From Macrostomum lignano (Eukaryota), in contig NIVC01000056.1 of assembly GCA_002269645.1 (NCBI GenBank), positions 186,001 through 250,000 of the forward strand: a DNA stretch of 64,000 nucleotides. Reading direction: 5' to 3'. A program made the translations under genes and the position numbers. Shown here piece after piece: positions 60,801-64,000 of the stretch. Numbering within the stretch: position 1 is the stretch's first letter; every line of letters starts with the position of its first letter. A model generated the notes under the pieces. It was not told the origin of the DNA. It saw only the letters and a list, made by a program, of their open reading frames with translations, and made no database searches.

Positions 60801-63798
60801 GCTGAGGCTGGCGATGCTGCTGGGACGGGTCCGGCTCGCGGCGCTCGAACCCGTTTTCTGCGTCGCAGGCGTCTGCCGAGTCTTGATGGCCCTCCCGCTG
60901 CTCCTCCCGCTGCTCCTCCTGCTGCTGCTGAACTGGTGCCACGACGCCTCTGAGACGGCGCCGGGTAGACGAAGACGGCGACTTTGACCGGCTGGAGGGG
61001 GGTGTCGCTGGTGGCCTGGGCTGAATGTCCTGCGGGAGTGACAGAGTGACACACTGGTGGAGTGACACATTGGCTGAGTGACACATTGGCTGAGTGACAC
61101 ATTGGCTGAGTGACACATTGGCTGAGTGACACATTGGCTGAGTGACACATTGGCTGAGTGACACATTGGCTGAGTGACACATTGGCTGAGTGACACATTG
61201 GCTGAGTGACAAATCGGCTGAGTGACACATTGGCTGAGTGACACATTGGCTGAGTGACACATTGGCTGAGTGACACATTGGCTGAGTGACACATTGGCTG
61301 AGTGACACATTGGCTGAGTGACACATTGGCTGAGTGACACATTGGCTGAGTGACACATTGGCTGAGTGACACATTGGCTGAGTGACACATTGGCTGAGTG
61401 ACACATTGGCTGAGTGACACATTGGCTGAGTGACACATTGGCTGAGTGACACATTGGCTGAGTGACACATTGGCTGAGTGACACATTGGCTGAATGACAC
61501 ATTGGCTGAGTGACACACTGGCTGAGTGACACATTGGCTGAGTGACACATTGGCTGAGTGACACATTGGCTGAGTGACACATTGGCTGAGTGACACATTG
61601 GCTGAGTGACACATTGGCTGAGTGACAAATCGGCTGAGTGACACATTGGCTGAGTGACAAATCGGCTGAGTGACACATTGGCTGAGTGACACATTGGCTG
61701 AGTGACACATTGGCTGAGTGACACATTGATAAAGTGGGACCTGAACTAAATGAAATTCAGATTAATTCATTCACTCGTAACTGAATGCTCTCATGCTTAT
61801 AAAAACACTTAAATTTGTTGTTAGGGTGGTTATAAACGTTATAAAAGTAAAAGGCTAGCTATAAATAAACAAAAAAAACAAATCTTTATGAGCATTATGA
61901 GCAGTTTGTCTCACTGCCGGGTCGTTCGTGTCAGCTGAGAGTCTTCGGTCTCCCAGTTGCGCCGGCTGCTCACCGCCAGATTCGTAGCAGGAGGCGTCCA
62001 GCGAGACGGTCCTGGTGGAGCAGTGCAGCATCGGCGGCCTTCTGCTGGCGCCACCTTCAGCCAGCTGTGCGGCCTGAGTCCCCTGATCCGCTTGTTCTTC
62101 ATCAGAACCGTCATCCTCTTCATCATTGCTTGAGCAGCTGCTTTCGTTCCGTTGTTGCTGCTGTGGCTGTTGCTGGGGTTGAGTTTGAAGCGTGTTAGAG
62201 CTGTGTGTTAGAGCTATTAGCTGCGCTTGTCAACTACTGTTAGGGTTGGGGTTGGGGTTAGGGTTATGTTTATGGTTAGGGTTGGGGTTAGGGTTAGTGT
62301 TGGTGTTAATGCTACAGTGGCATTTGGGTTGCGCTACTAATGAAAAGTGCATGTACTACTGTAAGTACCAAATTGACAGGCGCTCGCATCTGATCCTGCA
62401 GCGAGTTCTGGCTGGCCAGTTCGAGGTCCTTGCACCGCTGCCTGTAGTGGCTGGCCAGGATCAGCTTGCAGTAGTTCAGCTGCCGCTGCTTGGCGTAGTC
62501 CCACGGGGTGGCGTGGTCCCGGTCCCGCGCCTCCATGTCGGCTGCGGAGCGGTTCGGGAGACTGATGGAGTGACAGGCTGATTGAGTGACAGGTTGATGG
62601 AGTGACAGGCCGATGGAGTGACAGGCTGATTGAGTGACAGGTTGATGGAGTGACAGGCTGATGGAGTGACAGGCTGATTGAGTGACAGGTTGATGGAGTG
62701 ACAGACTGGTGGAGTGATAGACTGATGGAGTGGCAGACTGATGGAGTGACAGACTGGTGGAGTGACAGACTGGTGGAGTGACAGACTGGTGGAGTGACAG
62801 ACTGGTGGAGTTACAGACTGATAGAGTGACAGCTGATAGAGCGACAGGCTGATGGAGTGACAGGCTGATGGAGTGACAGGCTGATGAAGCGACAGGCTGA
62901 TGGAGTGACAGGCTGATGGAGTGACAGGCTGATTGAGTGACAGACTGATGGAGTGACAGGCTGATGGAGTGACAGGCTGATGAAGCGACAGGCTGATTGA
63001 GTGACAGGCTGATGGAGTGACAGGCTGATGGAGTGACAGGCTGATTGAGTGACAGACTGATGGAGTGACAGACTGATGGAGTGACAGGCTGATGGAGTGA
63101 CAGGCTCCGAACTCACCACCCTGGTCCAGCAGGAAGTTGAGCACTTCGCCGTGGCCACCGATAGTGGCGAGGTGAACAGCGGACCGGCTGTCCTGGTCGC
63201 GGTAGTCAATGATGGACTTGCCGCCCACCTCCATGATGATCTTGCAGGCCGGGAGCGACCCTGCAAGCGGTTGGTTTGGTTCCGTGAAAATATTGCTTGC
63301 ATTCGGTGTCTTCTAAAAGAAAGTGTTTCTTCGAAACAGAAACAGATTCCTCACCCTGCTCAGCGGCCACCATCAAGACGTTTTTTCCGCTCATGTCTGT
63401 CACGACCGCGTTTTCCTCGGTGATGAGGGTCTGCAATTGAGATGAGCTGCGTTAGCGAGAATTCTCCCAGAATCTCCACCGAGATTTCCCCTGGGACCCC
63501 ATGGAATTCCCCTCAGAATTCCCCACTGACAATATTGCTCTGAAAGATTTCTGAAGAAAATCGATATTGATATTGAGCTGACCCTCAGGCACTCCAGCGG
63601 TTCCTGGCGCCTGACGGCCCAGTGCAGGAAGGTCCAGCCGGAGGCGTCCCGCTCCATGCCGTCGGCGAATTCGTCGACTTGGACCAGCCGGCTGAGGATG
63701 GCGAAGTGGTCGATGTTGTCGAGACGGCAGGCCCACATGGACGGCGTGGTCAGGTCTCTGTCCCGGACGCTGGGGTTGGCCCGGCTCTTCAACAGGAT
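57853..63798 (-). CDS. Ankyrin-repeat protein, 3' part; gene extends beyond the right edge of the window
   Basis: Phase-consistent exons 63798-63583, 63430-63355, 63260-63117, 62541-~62369, 62172-61915, 61029-~60393, 59904-59559, 58508-58280 and 57993-57853. ANK motifs GWTFLHWAV, GKNVLMVAAEQG, SAVHLATIGGHGEVLNFLL and TPWDYAK precede a low-complexity tail. Confidence 0.8.
58545..59310. repeat. 15-bp minisatellite containing a 200-bp direct duplication
   Basis: Unit GGATTCTCCTGGAGG. The segment ~58559-58670 is repeated at ~58759-58870. Confidence 0.92.
59935..60297. repeat. 16-bp G-rich intronic minisatellite
   Basis: Unit GGGTGAGGGGTTGGCT, near-perfect. Confidence 0.97.
61036..61728. repeat. 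16-bp intronic minisatellite
   Basis: Unit GAGTGACACATTGGCT. Confidence 0.97.
62558..63104. repeat. 16-bp intronic minisatellite
   Basis: Units GAGTGACAGGCTGATG and GAGTGACAGACTGGTG. Confidence 0.95.
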
Positions 63799-63814
63799 CT
63801 GCGGGGTGCGGTGA

Positions 63815-64000
63815 TTCTCAGGATGAGACGGTTCTGAGGATGAGACGATTCTCAGGGTGAGACGATTCTCAGGGTGAGACGATTCTCAGGATTCTTATCT
63901 CACAATTCTCACAATTCTCACAATTCTCAGAATGAGACGATTCTCAGGATGAGACGATTCTCGGGATGAGACAATTCTCAGGGTGAGACGATTCTCAGGA
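63815..64000. repeat. 17-bp intronic minisatellite, truncated by the window edge
   Basis: Unit GAGACGATTCTCAGGGT. Confidence 0.88.

Noticed and set aside
60382-61726. Three 375-442 aa ORFs starting in (MCHSANVSLSQCVTQP)n
   Set aside because: The repeat part is the intronic 16-bp array. Only 61029-~60393 in one frame is a plausible exon of the ankyrin gene.

Overview
This is intron-containing animal genomic DNA, not prokaryotic. Compact GC-rich exons and a different minisatellite in almost every intron and intergenic gap suggest a Macrostomum-type flatworm; the organism call is inference. From left to right the window holds: a complete but inactivated Ty3/Gypsy LTR retrotransposon (1432-6151, minus; 4-bp TSD, tRNA-iMet PBS, -1 frameshift pseudoknot) inserted in an AT-rich, CpG-poor block; a tight plus-strand trio NDUFA13, BOLA1 and TPRG1-like; Groucho/TLE (minus); a K2P potassium channel (minus) head-to-head with a HUNK-like kinase (plus); a three-exon neuropeptide-precursor-like gene missing from the ORF track; an NTPDase5/6-like apyrase; an FRS2-like tyrosine-motif docking protein; and the 3' part of an ankyrin-repeat gene (minus). 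About 25 tandem-repeat arrays, two tRNA-SINE copies and several MITE or foldback elements fill the rest. The strongest leads are a C-to-T mutation spectrum confined to CpG and CpA sites in the retroelement (methylation- or RIP-like), the hidden amidated-peptide precursor, the frameshift pseudoknot, a candidate trans-spliced operon, and related minisatellites in consecutive introns. No rRNA, true tRNA or CRISPR was found. All alignments and counts were done by eye.
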